Below the pieces are notes generated by a model. That model did no database searches. It was not told the origin of the DNA and saw nothing but the letters and a program-made list of their open reading frames with translations. Shown piece by piece: positions 27,717-36,920 of a stretch of 54,024 nt of DNA. The position numbers were made by a program, and so were the translations under genes. The stretch spans positions 1 to 54,024 of the forward strand of contig JBMOHE010000005.1 in NCBI GenBank assembly GCA_049318005.1. The letters run 5' to 3'. The stretch is from Patescibacteria group bacterium. Lineage in GTDB: Bacteria > Patescibacteriota > Patescibacteriia > Patescibacteriales > UBA12465. Every line of letters starts with the position of its first letter. Positions within the stretch are counted from its first letter, which is position 1.

Positions 27717-30563
27717 TTAATTTAAAGTTATTACTATTTCATTGCTTTTTAGAGAGTCTCCATTCCAATCATATAGTTCACCAAAAATTGAGTAATTTCC
27801 TGACCCACTTTTAGGCGCTGAGGGAAAGTAAATATCATTAATAGAATTAATGGTTCCACTAAAAGAACCAACCTCAACCACTTGACCGTCTCCAGCTCTG
27901 TAAAATAATTTCATAGATGAGACCCTGTTTGGCTCAATAACTTGAAAGGTTGTTTTAAGGGGGAAGTCGGCGGCATTAAGAGCGAGACTACTCTCTGGAT
28001 AAATCAATTTAATAGAATTTTTTGTTATAGATATTGGGTTATTTTTTATTAAAATATTAAAACTAACCGAACCCTCAGAGCAATTTTCAACATCATCACA
28101 GGATTTAACTTTTAATGTTTGATATCCATTCCCTAGAAAATTAATTGGAGCGGTGAATATGGATTGATTGCCCCATTTTGTTTGCCAGAGATTATTGTTT
28201 ATGTAATATTCAACGCGGCTGGTTCCACGAGGGGCAATAGATTCAACTTGAACGTCAAGGTTTTGGCTGGTTATAGTCTGATTTTTTAAAGGGGAAATTA
28301 TTGATATAACTGGTTTATTTTCTTCTTTATGCAGGGTGTCATAGTCAGTCGGCAAAGTTGAGCTAGAACTTGTTCCATTTTTTTCTGACCACTTTTTAAC
28401 AGCCTCTTCCCAAATAGAGAATTGAGGATCATTTTCTGGATTAGATGGGATTGGCCCACGAGGATTATCCTTATCAACATAAAATAAAATACTGTGGTTA
28501 ACGCTCGCACTTTTTTCTTCAATTAATTCTGGCGGTGTAGAGCTTGTAGCGAGTAATCCGGAACTCTTATCAACTTTTACTATTTGCATTGGAATTTGAC
28601 CGTCTAGAATCGCTTTGCTGGTCTTGTAGTCGTCGGGTGCCTTGAAGTTTTCAGATGGAGTATCGCCCAAGACTTTAATCATGTAGTCGTGCCAGATTGG
28701 AGCAGCCACAACACTACCATCAGCTTTCCCTTTCATTGACTTATTATCACTGTTGCCAATCCAAACACCAGTCACAAGAGATGGTGTATAGCCAATTGTC
28801 CAAGCGTCATGATAATCATTAGTTGTTCCTGTCTTTGCGGCGACTGGTCTATCACCAAGAGTTAAATAATTTTTAGCGCCAAAAATATAAGTGCGGGCCG
28901 CGTTATCGCTCAAGACACTGTTTATCATTCTGGCCACTTGCGAGTCGAGAGCTTTTTTTTCACTTGGTTTATATTCTTCAAGAACTTTTCCATTTTTATC
29001 TTCAACTTTAAGTATACTAACTACTGGACTTATCTGCCCATCGCGAGCAAAAGCGCTATAAGCATTCACGTGCTCAAGCATCTTTACTTCTCCTCCACCA
29101 AGAACTAATGAGAGGCCAAAGCGACTTCTTGGATAGAGGGTTGTGTAGCCAAGATTTTCAGCTAAATCAATTACGTTATTAATGTTTGCTAAATAGATTG
29201 CCTTTACGGCAGGTATATTTAAAGAACCGGCCAGCGCCTGTCTAATTGATACCGGGCCATGCTCTTTTAAATCATAATTATGAGGAGTATATGGTTCAGA
29301 GGGATTGGTAGAAAAATTAGTTACTACGTCGTAAAGGATGGTGGCTGGTGTATATCCTTTTTCAAATAGGGCGGCATAAACAATTGGCTTCATGGAGGAG
29401 CCGGGTTGGCGTGGTCGGGTGGTAACATTAACCTGCCCATCAATTGAATCGTCAAAATAATCACGAGAGCCAACCATGGCTAAAACCTGGCCAGTCTTTG
29501 GGTCTATTGAAAGCAGAGCGGCGTTATTGGCTCCATAGCTTTCTGGGTAATCTTTTGTTCTTTCAGTTATAACCTCTTCGGCTATTTTTTGTTTATATAA
29601 ATCAAGAGTTGTATAAATTTTCAAGCCATCTTGTTCTATCATTTTTTCTCCGTATTTTTCAGCTAACATGTCTTTTATATACATAACAAAATGAGGCGCA
29701 GTCATGTTGTTGTCACGGCCCTTAAAAACTAATTCTTGTTTTTTGGCAAAATCTCTTTCGTCTTTAGATATATAGTTTTGTTCAGCCATTAAATCTAAAA
29801 TATAATCTTTGCGACCAAGTAGTAGGTCTTTATTAGCGCCATAAGGAGAATAGCGACTTGGTGATTGAGGTAATGCGGCAAGGGTTGCTGCCTCAGCTAA
29901 AGTTAAATCGCGACTGTTTTTTCCAAAATATTTTTGACTAGCCGCTTCAACGCCGTATGCATTCGAGCCATAAGGAATTTCATTTAAATACATCTGTAGA
30001 ATTTCATCCTTAGAAAACTTTTTTTCTAATTGATAGGCCATTATCAACTCTTTTATTTTTCTGGTAACTGTCTTTTCATTAGATAAGACGGCATTCTTAA
30101 TAAACTGTTGAGTTAGTGTTGACCCACCAGCACTACGATTATAAATAATATTCGTAATAGCAGTTCTGGCCATTGCCCAAACACTAAAGCCACCATGGTT
30201 ATAGAAACCCTTATCTTCAATTGAAATGGTGGCCTCTTTTACGTAATCAGGAATATCTTTTAATTGAATTAAAGTTCTTCTCTGTTCGCCGCTGATTTCG
30301 TAAAGAACATTTTCACCCGTTCTGTCATAAATTTTTGTGCTTTGAGCGACCTCGCGATTAATTAATTGGTTTGGATTGGGAAGGTCGCGAGATATCCAAA
30401 AAATACCAAGAACTGATAAAACAGCTATCGTGGCTAGCGCGTATAAGGCAAAAACAAACAATCTTTTTTTATCAAATTTTTTATTTTTTTTTCGTGAATA
30501 AGAAAGGCTATCTCCATCTTTCCAGGAGGCGCTTTTTCTGTTTTTTAGCTGAGGAATTGGCAT
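27717..30563 (-). CDS. Class A penicillin-binding protein (PBP1A family) with C-terminal Ig-like domains
   Basis: GT51 motifs ED..FY.H.G, GGSTLTQQ, RKIKE; transpeptidase GSSMKP, SLN, KTGTT. Confidence 0.95.
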   Translation of the reverse strand: MPIPQLKNRKSASWKDGDSLSYSRKKNKKFDKKRLFVFALYALATIAVLSVLGIFWISRDLPNPNQLINREVAQSTKIYDRTGENVLYEISGEQRRTLIQLKDIPDYVKEATISIEDKGFYNHGGFSVWAMARTAITNIIYNRSAGGSTLTQQFIKNAVLSNEKTVTRKIKELIMAYQLEKKFSKDEILQMYLNEIPYGSNAYGVEAASQKYFGKNSRDLTLAEAATLAALPQSPSRYSPYGANKDLLLGRKDYILDLMAEQNYISKDERDFAKKQELVFKGRDNNMTAPHFVMYIKDMLAEKYGEKMIEQDGLKIYTTLDLYKQKIAEEVITERTKDYPESYGANNAALLSIDPKTGQVLAMVGSRDYFDDSIDGQVNVTTRPRQPGSSMKPIVYAALFEKGYTPATILYDVVTNFSTNPSEPYTPHNYDLKEHGPVSIRQALAGSLNIPAVKAIYLANINNVIDLAENLGYTTLYPRSRFGLSLVLGGGEVKMLEHVNAYSAFARDGQISPVVSILKVEDKNGKVLEEYKPSEKKALDSQVARMINSVLSDNAARTYIFGAKNYLTLGDRPVAAKTGTTNDYHDAWTIGYTPSLVTGVWIGNSDNKSMKGKADGSVVAAPIWHDYMIKVLGDTPSENFKAPDDYKTSKAILDGQIPMQIVKVDKSSGLLATSSTPPELIEEKSASVNHSILFYVDKDNPRGPIPSNPENDPQFSIWEEAVKKWSEKNGTSSSSTLPTDYDTLHKEENKPVISIISPLKNQTITSQNLDVQVESIAPRGTSRVEYYINNNLWQTKWGNQSIFTAPINFLGNGYQTLKVKSCDDVENCSEGSVSFNILIKNNPISITKNSIKLIYPESSLALNAADFPLKTTFQVIEPNRVSSMKLFYRAGDGQVVEVGSFSGTINSINDIYFPSAPKSGSGNYSIFGELYDWNGDSLKSNEIVITLN

Positions 30564-30625
30564 AAAATATATTATTAAGATAAACTTATTATATCAGAAA
30601 AATAATCTTTTGTAATTTCCTACAT

Positions 30626-31411
30626 ATGAACATAATCAATAGTTTAAATAACCAAAAAATTAAGGATTTGGTAAAATTAAAAAAGGCTGGAGAGCGTCGA
30701 GCGCAGAATTTAATTATTATTGACGGAGCGCGCGAAATAGAGATTGCTAAAAAATCAGGAATAGAAATTTTAGAATTGTTTTACTGCCCAAATTTTGTTA
30801 AGAAAGAAGTAAAAGACTTTTTTAACATTCAGAGAGACAAAATTACTGAAGTTTCAGCCCCAGTGTTTGAAAAAATCTGTTATAAAGAAACTCCGGACGG
30901 ATATTTTGCTCTTGCTAAAGGAAAAAAACTAAACTTAAATAAAGTAAAATTAAGCAAAAATCCTTTAGTTATTATTTTAGAGTCTGTAGAAAAACCCGGT
31001 AATTTAGGGGCGATTCTTAGAACCGCCTATGCGACTGGAGTAGATTTGATTATTTTAAACGATAGTCAGACAGATATTTATAACCCAAATGTGATTAGGG
31101 CGAGTGAGGGCTTTGTATTTAATCAGCAAATTGTAATTTCAGCAATTGACGAAACAGTTAGCTGGTTAAAAGAAAATATAATTTTAAGTTACGCGGCCGC
31201 AACTAGTGGAAAGAATAACTATAGTAAGGAAAAAATGGACAAGTCGCTGGCGATAGTTATGGGCTCAGAGGCTCATGGCTTAAGCGCGAAGTGGCTGAAA
31301 AATGCGGATAAGTTAGTAAAAATACCAATGACCAAGGGAATGGATTCTCTAAACGTTTCCGTTTCAGCGGCCGTTTTACTATATGAAGCCGTTAGACAGA
31401 GAGAAAAATAA
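30626..31411 (+). CDS. TrmH/SpoU family RNA 2'-O-methyltransferase
   Basis: EKPGNLGAILRTA.A, VMGSEAHGLS, IPM...DSLNVSVSAA. Confidence 0.93.
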   Translation: MNIINSLNNQKIKDLVKLKKAGERRAQNLIIIDGAREIEIAKKSGIEILELFYCPNFVKKEVKDFFNIQRDKITEVSAPVFEKICYKETPDGYFALAKGKKLNLNKVKLSKNPLVIILESVEKPGNLGAILRTAYATGVDLIILNDSQTDIYNPNVIRASEGFVFNQQIVISAIDETVSWLKENIILSYAAATSGKNNYSKEKMDKSLAIVMGSEAHGLSAKWLKNADKLVKIPMTKGMDSLNVSVSAAVLLYEAVRQREK

Positions 31412-31485
31412 GAGAAATCGCTAATGTTTGACAAGAGTTAGTATTTCTATTAATATAAGACAAGAAATAAGCAAAAATATATTTT

Positions 31486-31557
31486 GCGCCCGTAGTTCAG
31501 CGGATAGAACGGGAGCCTTCTAAGCTCTAGACGAGGGTTCGACTCCCCCCGGGCGTA
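31486..31557 (+). tRNA. tRNA-Arg(UCU), no encoded CCA
   Basis: Acceptor GCGCCCG/CGGGCGT-A; anticodon arm GGAGC-CTTCTAA-GCTCT. Confidence 0.92.
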
Positions 31558-31580
31558 CGTTTCACAGAAACACATATCAT

Positions 31581-31652
31581 GGTGCCTATGGTGTAGTGGT
31601 AACACAGCAGGTTGTGGTCCTGTTATTTCGGGTCCGATTCCCGATAGGCACC
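31581..31652 (+). tRNA. tRNA-His(GUG) with encoded G-1
   Basis: GGTGCCTA/TAGGCACC 8-bp acceptor; anticodon arm GCAGG-TTGTGGT-CCTGT; T-loop TCCGATT. Confidence 0.9.
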
Positions 31653-31668
31653 CCTAAAGGGAATATAT

Positions 31669-31698
31669 AAAAATAACTCTAATATTAGAGTTATTTTT
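31669..31698 (+). terminator. Terminator after tRNA-His
   Basis: AAAATAACTCTAAT-ATTAGAGTTATTTTT. Confidence 0.75.
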
Positions 31699-31720
31699 GT
31701 TTTTAAGAACAAAGATCCCT

Positions 31721-31800
31721 AGTGGGAATACAAACTAATTGACAAAATAGTATAAATATGATATGGTTTTTATACAGTTCGTTGAAATATTAATTTGAAA
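31721..31800 (+). promoter_or_regulatory. Promoter/leader module, copy 1 (TTGACA-N17-TATGGT)
   Basis: 58/80 ungapped identity (hand count) to 34521-34600. Confidence 0.7.
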
Positions 31801-31812
31801 AAAACATAAGTT

Positions 31813-32160
31813 ATGAAAAGAAAAACAATGATTTTAGGTATTTATTTTATGATTTGGCTATTATTAGTTGTCTTTCTTGGACAATTTTTAATATCTATAA
31901 TTTTTTTAGGTATTTATACTGGAATTATTTATTCAGGTGGGGCAATGTTTGAACACGCAGAAAATCTTTCTGAGGAGATTGGTTGGGTTTGTTTCTCGGC
32001 AGTATTTGCTGGAAACATAATTCACGTCCTAATAGCCGGTCTGTTTCCAGTAGCATCATTCTTGTATCATGATTTTACTTTTTGGAGTGGAGTTGGTTAT
32101 GTTGCTGGGCTTACTATTCTTAACGCACCGTTTAATTTTTGGGTTTTTTCAGGAGATTAA
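31813..32160 (+). CDS. Hypothetical multi-TM membrane protein
   Basis: 115-aa hydrophobic ORF with its own promoter. Confidence 0.75.
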   Translation: MKRKTMILGIYFMIWLLLVVFLGQFLISIIFLGIYTGIIYSGGAMFEHAENLSEEIGWVCFSAVFAGNIIHVLIAGLFPVASFLYHDFTFWSGVGYVAGLTILNAPFNFWVFSGD

Positions 32161-32232
32161 TTAGTGCAAAATAAAACTATAATGCTAACTATAATTGTTA
32201 GCATTTTTTTATATCAATTTACAAAATATTCA

Positions 32233-32257
32233 ATCAAAAAAGTTTGCCAAGTTTTGC
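32233..32257 (+). repeat. 25-bp direct repeat, copy 1 (ATCAAAAAAGTTTGCCAAGTTTTGC)
   Basis: Identical to 34418-34442. Confidence 0.9.
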
Positions 32258-32270
32258 AATTGGCCACACA

Positions 32271-32301
32271 TAAAAAAACACTCCAAATTGGAGTGTTTTT
32301 A
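32271..32301. terminator. Bidirectional terminator
   Basis: AAAAAAACACTCCAA-TTGGAGTGTTTTT. Confidence 0.8.
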
Positions 32302-33129
32302 TTATATTGATCTTGGCTTCATGATATCCTCTAAAAACTTTTTAGAAGATTCAGAATCTTCTTTAAGCGGTTTGGATATACTCCAAAGTATTTCAAACTG
32401 AGTTTTAAGTAGTTGTCTTAACTCTTTACTCTCAACAATAAAGCCAAAATTCTCTTTTTTAGAAGACATAAAGATTACCTTATTTCCATAAGCCCAGTAA
32501 CCCATAGAAAAATCAACTCCTTCGGGCGCAATTCGCACTTCGCGTTTTACTTCTTTGCCTGGAGCCAAAAAAGTATCTTTAGTAATATCACTAGCTTTAT
32601 CCATCGGCCAGATAACACGAATATGAATATTATTACGCACTCTTTTTTTATTAAACTCGTGTAAAAATTCTTCCCCAACAACTTTAATAATATCTTTAAC
32701 TGGCCAACAAAGTTCGGTGTGCAGATTATCATATAACAAAACATTCTTTAGCATTGTCTTCATTTCTTCAGCCCCTTCGAAATAGTTAAACTTTGGGCTA
32801 GTAAAGTCTGTTCTTTGAGAAGACTTTAACTTTTCTAAAATACCATCAAAACTATCTCGTGTATTTTCTAAAGAATTAATTTTGTCGTTTAGAATATTTT
32901 TAATATTGTCTGGGTTAACCGCTTGCCATAATTTAATATTTTCTTTTTCGCTTTGTAAAATTAATCCACCAAGAGCCAGGTCATTTAATAAGCCATATAA
33001 GGTTGAGCGAGGAATATTTAAACGTTTAGCTAAGTTCCCGGCTGACATAACGCCGCCCTCTAACAATGATATATACACATCGGAGTGTTCTTTCCTTAGA
33101 TCAAGTTTTTCAAAAATTTTATCTAACAT
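32302..33129 (-). CDS. TrmB family transcriptional regulator (wHTH plus PLD-like effector domain)
   Basis: VYISLLEGG.MSAG.LAKRLNIPRSTLY..L..L...GLI; YFEGAEEMK; AYGNKV; start moved to ATG 33129. Confidence 0.88.
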   Translation of the reverse strand: MLDKIFEKLDLRKEHSDVYISLLEGGVMSAGNLAKRLNIPRSTLYGLLNDLALGGLILQSEKENIKLWQAVNPDNIKNILNDKINSLENTRDSFDGILEKLKSSQRTDFTSPKFNYFEGAEEMKTMLKNVLLYDNLHTELCWPVKDIIKVVGEEFLHEFNKKRVRNNIHIRVIWPMDKASDITKDTFLAPGKEVKREVRIAPEGVDFSMGYWAYGNKVIFMSSKKENFGFIVESKELRQLLKTQFEILWSISKPLKEDSESSKKFLEDIMKPRSI

Positions 33130-33151
33130 AAATTTATAATAATTAGTCATT

Positions 33152-33169
33152 TGTCGAAACTTGCCGACA
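33152..33169. promoter_or_regulatory. Candidate operator TGTCG-N8-CGACA in the divergent promoter region
   Basis: Inverted repeat between the trmB start and a TTTACG-N17-TATTAT promoter (33173-33201). Confidence 0.4.
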
Positions 33170-33279
33170 CTATTTACGATAACACACTTTCGTTGTATTA
33201 TCAAGTTATTAATAAACAAGTTCATTTACAAATCAATAACTGTCCTAAAATATGGACAAAAAAAAGGAGGAAACAAATC

Positions 33280-33732
33280 ATGAAATTTAAATTTTATCCA
33301 AATCAACATTACACCACTAACGGTGGCTGGTGGACTTACACTTGGTTCTTAAGTATCGCAACAAAAAATGAAGATTTTTGGCTAGTTAGTTACGAGGTGA
33401 TGAGTCTTGTCATTGGTTTCATTTTTTCGTTCGTTTTAGTTATAGCAAGTAACAACAAAGAATTAGTTAAAATCTTATGTGGCCTAATTTCAGATGAATC
33501 GATACAGACTTTTATTGTTATTCTTTATTTACTTTGGCTCATTTCCAGCGCGTGGGAATTATATTTATACTGTGATGTTGATGAGTCTCGTGAATGGAAA
33601 AAGTTTGGTAAATTACAATTTGTAATTAAATTAGCTGTTAGAATTGTTAGAGGATTACCTATAATAATTCTCGGAATGGGAATAATTTATGGACTATTCT
33701 ATCTAGCTAGTCTATTAATTGGCCTACTTTAA
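33280..33732 (+). CDS. Hypothetical membrane protein
   Basis: Strong AAGGAGG SD at 33264-33270 fixes the start at 33280; three to four TM helices. Confidence 0.75.
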   Translation: MKFKFYPNQHYTTNGGWWTYTWFLSIATKNEDFWLVSYEVMSLVIGFIFSFVLVIASNNKELVKILCGLISDESIQTFIVILYLLWLISSAWELYLYCDVDESREWKKFGKLQFVIKLAVRIVRGLPIIILGMGIIYGLFYLASLLIGLL

Positions 33733-33794
33733 CTTAATATTTATTATTTAATTTAACTGAAATTAAAAAATTAAAAAATCGGAGGAAATAAATC

Positions 33795-34361
33795 ATGAAA
33801 ACAAAAAAGACAAATGTCGCTAAAAATTTAATTGATTCATTAAATAATATTTATTCAAAGTTGTCGGAAGAGACAGGACAAAGTTTTTACAGAATTTCTT
33901 ATGACTTTTATTTAAAAGAAGGTTCTATAAAAGCAACTATCCAATATGATTTTCAAAAAAGCTTAAACTTTGAAAGTTGCTGTGAAAACTGGTTTAAAAG
34001 ACTTTGTTGTCATATTGCACACGGGAATGATTCTTGTGGCTCACAAGAATTTATAAAGATTAAAAGGGCACATCAGCGGGCTGATTTAAAAGTTATTGGT
34101 ATAATATACGATCCACTTTTAAGAAGGTATATTACGGACTCAATTTATCACTCTTTTGAAATTGATCGTTTTCGCTCTAGAACATATGTTGATTTTGAGC
34201 TTGCATTCCCTCTCTCTATTTTTTCAAAAAAATTTCAAGAACTTTACAAAAATCAAAAATCAAAAAAAGAGCATGAGGACATTGAAGAAATGAATAGTAT
34301 TTTTCTAGAAGAACTAGATTATTGGGATGAATTTTATGGACCGAGACCAGCATCAAAGTAG
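33795..34361 (+). CDS. Hypothetical protein (Cys-rich central motif)
   Basis: GGAGG SD; CCENWFKRLCCHIAHGNDSC. Confidence 0.75.
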   Translation: MKTKKTNVAKNLIDSLNNIYSKLSEETGQSFYRISYDFYLKEGSIKATIQYDFQKSLNFESCCENWFKRLCCHIAHGNDSCGSQEFIKIKRAHQRADLKVIGIIYDPLLRRYITDSIYHSFEIDRFRSRTYVDFELAFPLSIFSKKFQELYKNQKSKKEHEDIEEMNSIFLEELDYWDEFYGPRPASK

Positions 34362-34366
34362 TCAAA

Positions 34367-34400
34367 TCAACCCCCTCGCAAACAATTGTGAGGGGTTTTT
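34367..34400 (+). terminator. Intrinsic terminator
   Basis: AACCCCCTCGCA...TGTGAGGGGTTTTT. Confidence 0.75.
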
Positions 34401-34417
34401 AATTTATTAAATACTTC

Positions 34418-34442
34418 ATCAAAAAAGTTTGCCAAGTTTTGC
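34418..34442 (+). repeat. 25-bp direct repeat, copy 2
   Basis: Identical to 32233-32257. Confidence 0.9.
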
Positions 34443-34520
34443 GATTAACCACCCCCTAGAAGTGAATTAATAATATCCCTGTAAAAAGGGGTATTTTTTT
34501 GTTATAAATATAAAACCCCC

Positions 34521-34600
34521 AGCGGGAATGTAATCTAATTGACAAATATGTATTATTGTGATATAATTTATTAACAGTTCATTTGAATAATAATCAAAAA
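34521..34600 (+). promoter_or_regulatory. Promoter/leader module, copy 2 (TTGACA-N17-TATAAT, extended TG)
   Basis: ttgaca 34539-34544; tataat 34562-34567; homologous to 31721-31800. Confidence 0.75.
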
Positions 34601-34612
34601 AACATATATAAA

Positions 34613-34774
34613 ATGAAGAAGATAGTAGATTTCTGGAGGTCCTTTGCAATTTGCTACGCGATAGGATATATGATTTTTTTACGCCCTGTTATTAACAGTG
34701 GCGCGGTAGATATTATTTTCTACTTACCCTTACTTGTGTTTTCTACACTAGTCTGGATATATAGAAAAAAGTAA
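34613..34774 (+). CDS. Small (53-aa) two-TM membrane protein
   Basis: MKKIVDFWRSFAICYAIGYMIFL...; own promoter and downstream hairpin. Confidence 0.6.
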   Translation: MKKIVDFWRSFAICYAIGYMIFLRPVINSGAVDIIFYLPLLVFSTLVWIYRKK

Positions 34775-34864
34775 ATTCAACAAAAGAATGGGCCCGCGAT
34801 ACAACATCAAGGGCTCTTTTTTATTATTAAAAAACCCGGTCTGTGGAAGTCCGGGCTTAAGAGT

Positions 34865-35413
34865 TCATTTAACAATCATTTGATTTTCAAGATTGGCGAC
34901 CAACTCTTCAATGATTTTAGTTGAAAAAATTAGCTTTTCATGTTCTGGTTTGATGAATCCATGAGAGACGGCTTCTCTGACAAAAGAAAAGATGTGATCA
35001 AAATAGTTATTCACATTAAGAAACCCACATGGTTTTTTGTGATACCCCAGCTGTCTGTAAGTGAGAACCTCAAAAGCCTCATCAAGAGTTCCGAGCCCGC
35101 CTGGTAAAACGATAAAGGCGTCGGAAAGATCAATCATTTTTTGTTTTCTCTCTTGCATGCTTTGAACGGTTATAAGTCTTGTCCCGTCTTTATGTCCGCA
35201 TCGTTTTAATAAATCTTTAGGCATAACAGCAATTGCTTCGCCGCCGTTTTTAATAACGTTATCAGCTACAACGCCCATTAAGCCACAATTAGAGCCACCG
35301 TAAACTAAATTGATACCGCGCCCGGCAAGATACTTTCCAAGTTCGGCTGCTTTAGCGGTAAACTCAAAATAGGCTGCGTCATGTGAGCCACAAAATACAC
35401 AAATTGTTTTCAT
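34865..35413 (-). CDS. LOG family (TIGR00730-type) nucleotide phosphoribohydrolase
   Basis: ICVFCGS, LVYGG...GLMG, MQERK..M, PGGLGTLDE. Confidence 0.93.
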   Translation of the reverse strand: MKTICVFCGSHDAAYFEFTAKAAELGKYLAGRGINLVYGGSNCGLMGVVADNVIKNGGEAIAVMPKDLLKRCGHKDGTRLITVQSMQERKQKMIDLSDAFIVLPGGLGTLDEAFEVLTYRQLGYHKKPCGFLNVNNYFDHIFSFVREAVSHGFIKPEHEKLIFSTKIIEELVANLENQMIVK

Positions 35414-35582
35414 GCTTTGTTGATTTTTTATGTTTTGTTAGTATTAATGTACGAATAATAGTGAAATTTATCTCAAATTGGCTGAATTGTCAATATGAGG
35501 GATAGTTTGGATTGACAAATGGGGCTCATCGGTGGCATATTTAATAATCAGAACTTTAAAATACAAATTTAAAACTGCATAA

Positions 35583-36296
35583 ATGAAAAGAAAAATTGGC
35601 TTTAGTCAGGGGGTTCTATTTAAACTCTATGACGTTAACAAAGACGCAAACATTAAGTTGCTAAAAGATTGCGGGAGTAACGCGATTGAAGCAAATTGCC
35701 ATCACGCTAATGAAGCGGTGTTTTTACCCATGTTATTGGGGCATATAGAGTCGCATAATTTTGATTATATTTCTTTGCACGCCCCAGTTGATGTTCGGTA
35801 TGGTAACAATACTGAGACCAGAGAATTACTGGAAAAGCTTTATAATTTTTATTTTCTATCCGACGCCGAACTAATTGTTGTCCACCCTGATTTAGTTGAC
35901 GACTGGTCAGTGTTTGAAGATTTTAAAATGAAATGGGCGATTGAAAATATGGATGACAGAAAAAAGAATTTTAAAAATCTAGCTGATTTAGAAAAATTTT
36001 TTAATGAGCATCCGGACTGGTTCTTGGTTTTAGATGTTGGTCACGTTAACTCAAATGATAAAAGCATGCTTTTAGCCAAAGAGTTGATTAATGCTTTTGG
36101 CAGCAGAATTGCTGAAATTCATTTAAGTGGTTATGAAAAATTTCATGAGCCTCTTCATCGCACTAAACAAATAGAAATAATTGAATGCTGCAAAGATTTG
36201 TTTGTGCCAATTATTATTGAAAGTGTATTTGAGCTTAGTGATGGACTCGAAGGCGTAAAAAAGGAATTTGATTACATTTTGGAAAATTTAAATTGA
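35583..36296 (+). CDS. TIM-barrel xylose isomerase/AP endonuclease 2-like protein
   Basis: SLHAP, VVHPD, AIENMD, LDVGH, EIHLSG..H metal-ligand pattern. Confidence 0.75.
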   Translation: MKRKIGFSQGVLFKLYDVNKDANIKLLKDCGSNAIEANCHHANEAVFLPMLLGHIESHNFDYISLHAPVDVRYGNNTETRELLEKLYNFYFLSDAELIVVHPDLVDDWSVFEDFKMKWAIENMDDRKKNFKNLADLEKFFNEHPDWFLVLDVGHVNSNDKSMLLAKELINAFGSRIAEIHLSGYEKFHEPLHRTKQIEIIECCKDLFVPIIIESVFELSDGLEGVKKEFDYILENLN

Positions 36297-36305
36297 AATT
36301 GTTTA

Positions 36306-36332
36306 AAGCTCGGCATTTGTCGGGCTTTTTTA
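36306..36332 (+). terminator. Intrinsic terminator
   Basis: AAAGCTCGGCA-TT-TGTCGGGCTTTTTT. Confidence 0.75.
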
Positions 36333-36373
36333 TTCCAAGATTTTTTATGAGTAATTTGTTATAATATCTTAAT

Positions 36374-36910
36374 ATGATTAATAAAGAGGGGTGCATAATC
36401 AGGAGGGCTGTGCCGGGCGATGTTTTGGGCCTACATCAAGTCTATTTTGCTACCTGGTTAGATACTTATCCAAATCAGGAATTTAATATAACCAAGGATG
36501 ATATTGTTTTTAAATATGAAAGCCGATTAACCCCAGATAAAATAGCCGAGAGAAAAGAAAAAATATCTCAAATTGGGGAAAATGAAGTTTTATTATTAGT
36601 AGAAAAGAATAAAGAGATTATTGCTGTTTGCAATGCGGTTTATGAAGATAAATGTAATGAGATAAAATCTTTCTATGTATTGCCTAAATACCAGGGACTG
36701 GGGTTTGGCAAGGCTTTATGGTTTGAGGCTAAAAAAATATTTAATCCTGATTGCGAAACAATTGTTAAGGTCGCGACTTATAATGAAAAGGCAATAAGCT
36801 TTTATAAAAAAATAGGCTTTGAAAGTACGGGAGAAATTATTGTTGATGAAAGATTTAAAATGAGGAACGGAGCGATAATACCGGAGTTAAAAATGATTAT
36901 TAAAGTTTAA
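36374..36910 (+). CDS. GNAT family N-acetyltransferase
   Basis: IRRA...D, YVLPKYQGLGFGKAL, N.KAISFYKKIGF. Confidence 0.92.
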   Translation: MINKEGCIIRRAVPGDVLGLHQVYFATWLDTYPNQEFNITKDDIVFKYESRLTPDKIAERKEKISQIGENEVLLLVEKNKEIIAVCNAVYEDKCNEIKSFYVLPKYQGLGFGKALWFEAKKIFNPDCETIVKVATYNEKAISFYKKIGFESTGEIIVDERFKMRNGAIIPELKMIIKV

Positions 36911-36920
36911 AATAAAAAAT

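Noticed and set aside
33151-33279. N-terminal extensions given by the ORF track for 33151, 32302-33225, 1765, 24456-24641, 34583 and 47149
   Set aside because: They overlap promoters, operators or attenuators; downstream ATGs fit homology or SD evidence better.
32233-34442. CRISPR array from the 25-bp repeat
   Set aside because: Only two copies, 2185 bp apart, with no cas genes.
34862-34876. Strong boxA-like AGTTCATTTAACAAT on the plus strand
   Set aside because: It overlaps the LOG stop codon on the opposite strand and has no promoter before it; treated as coincidence.
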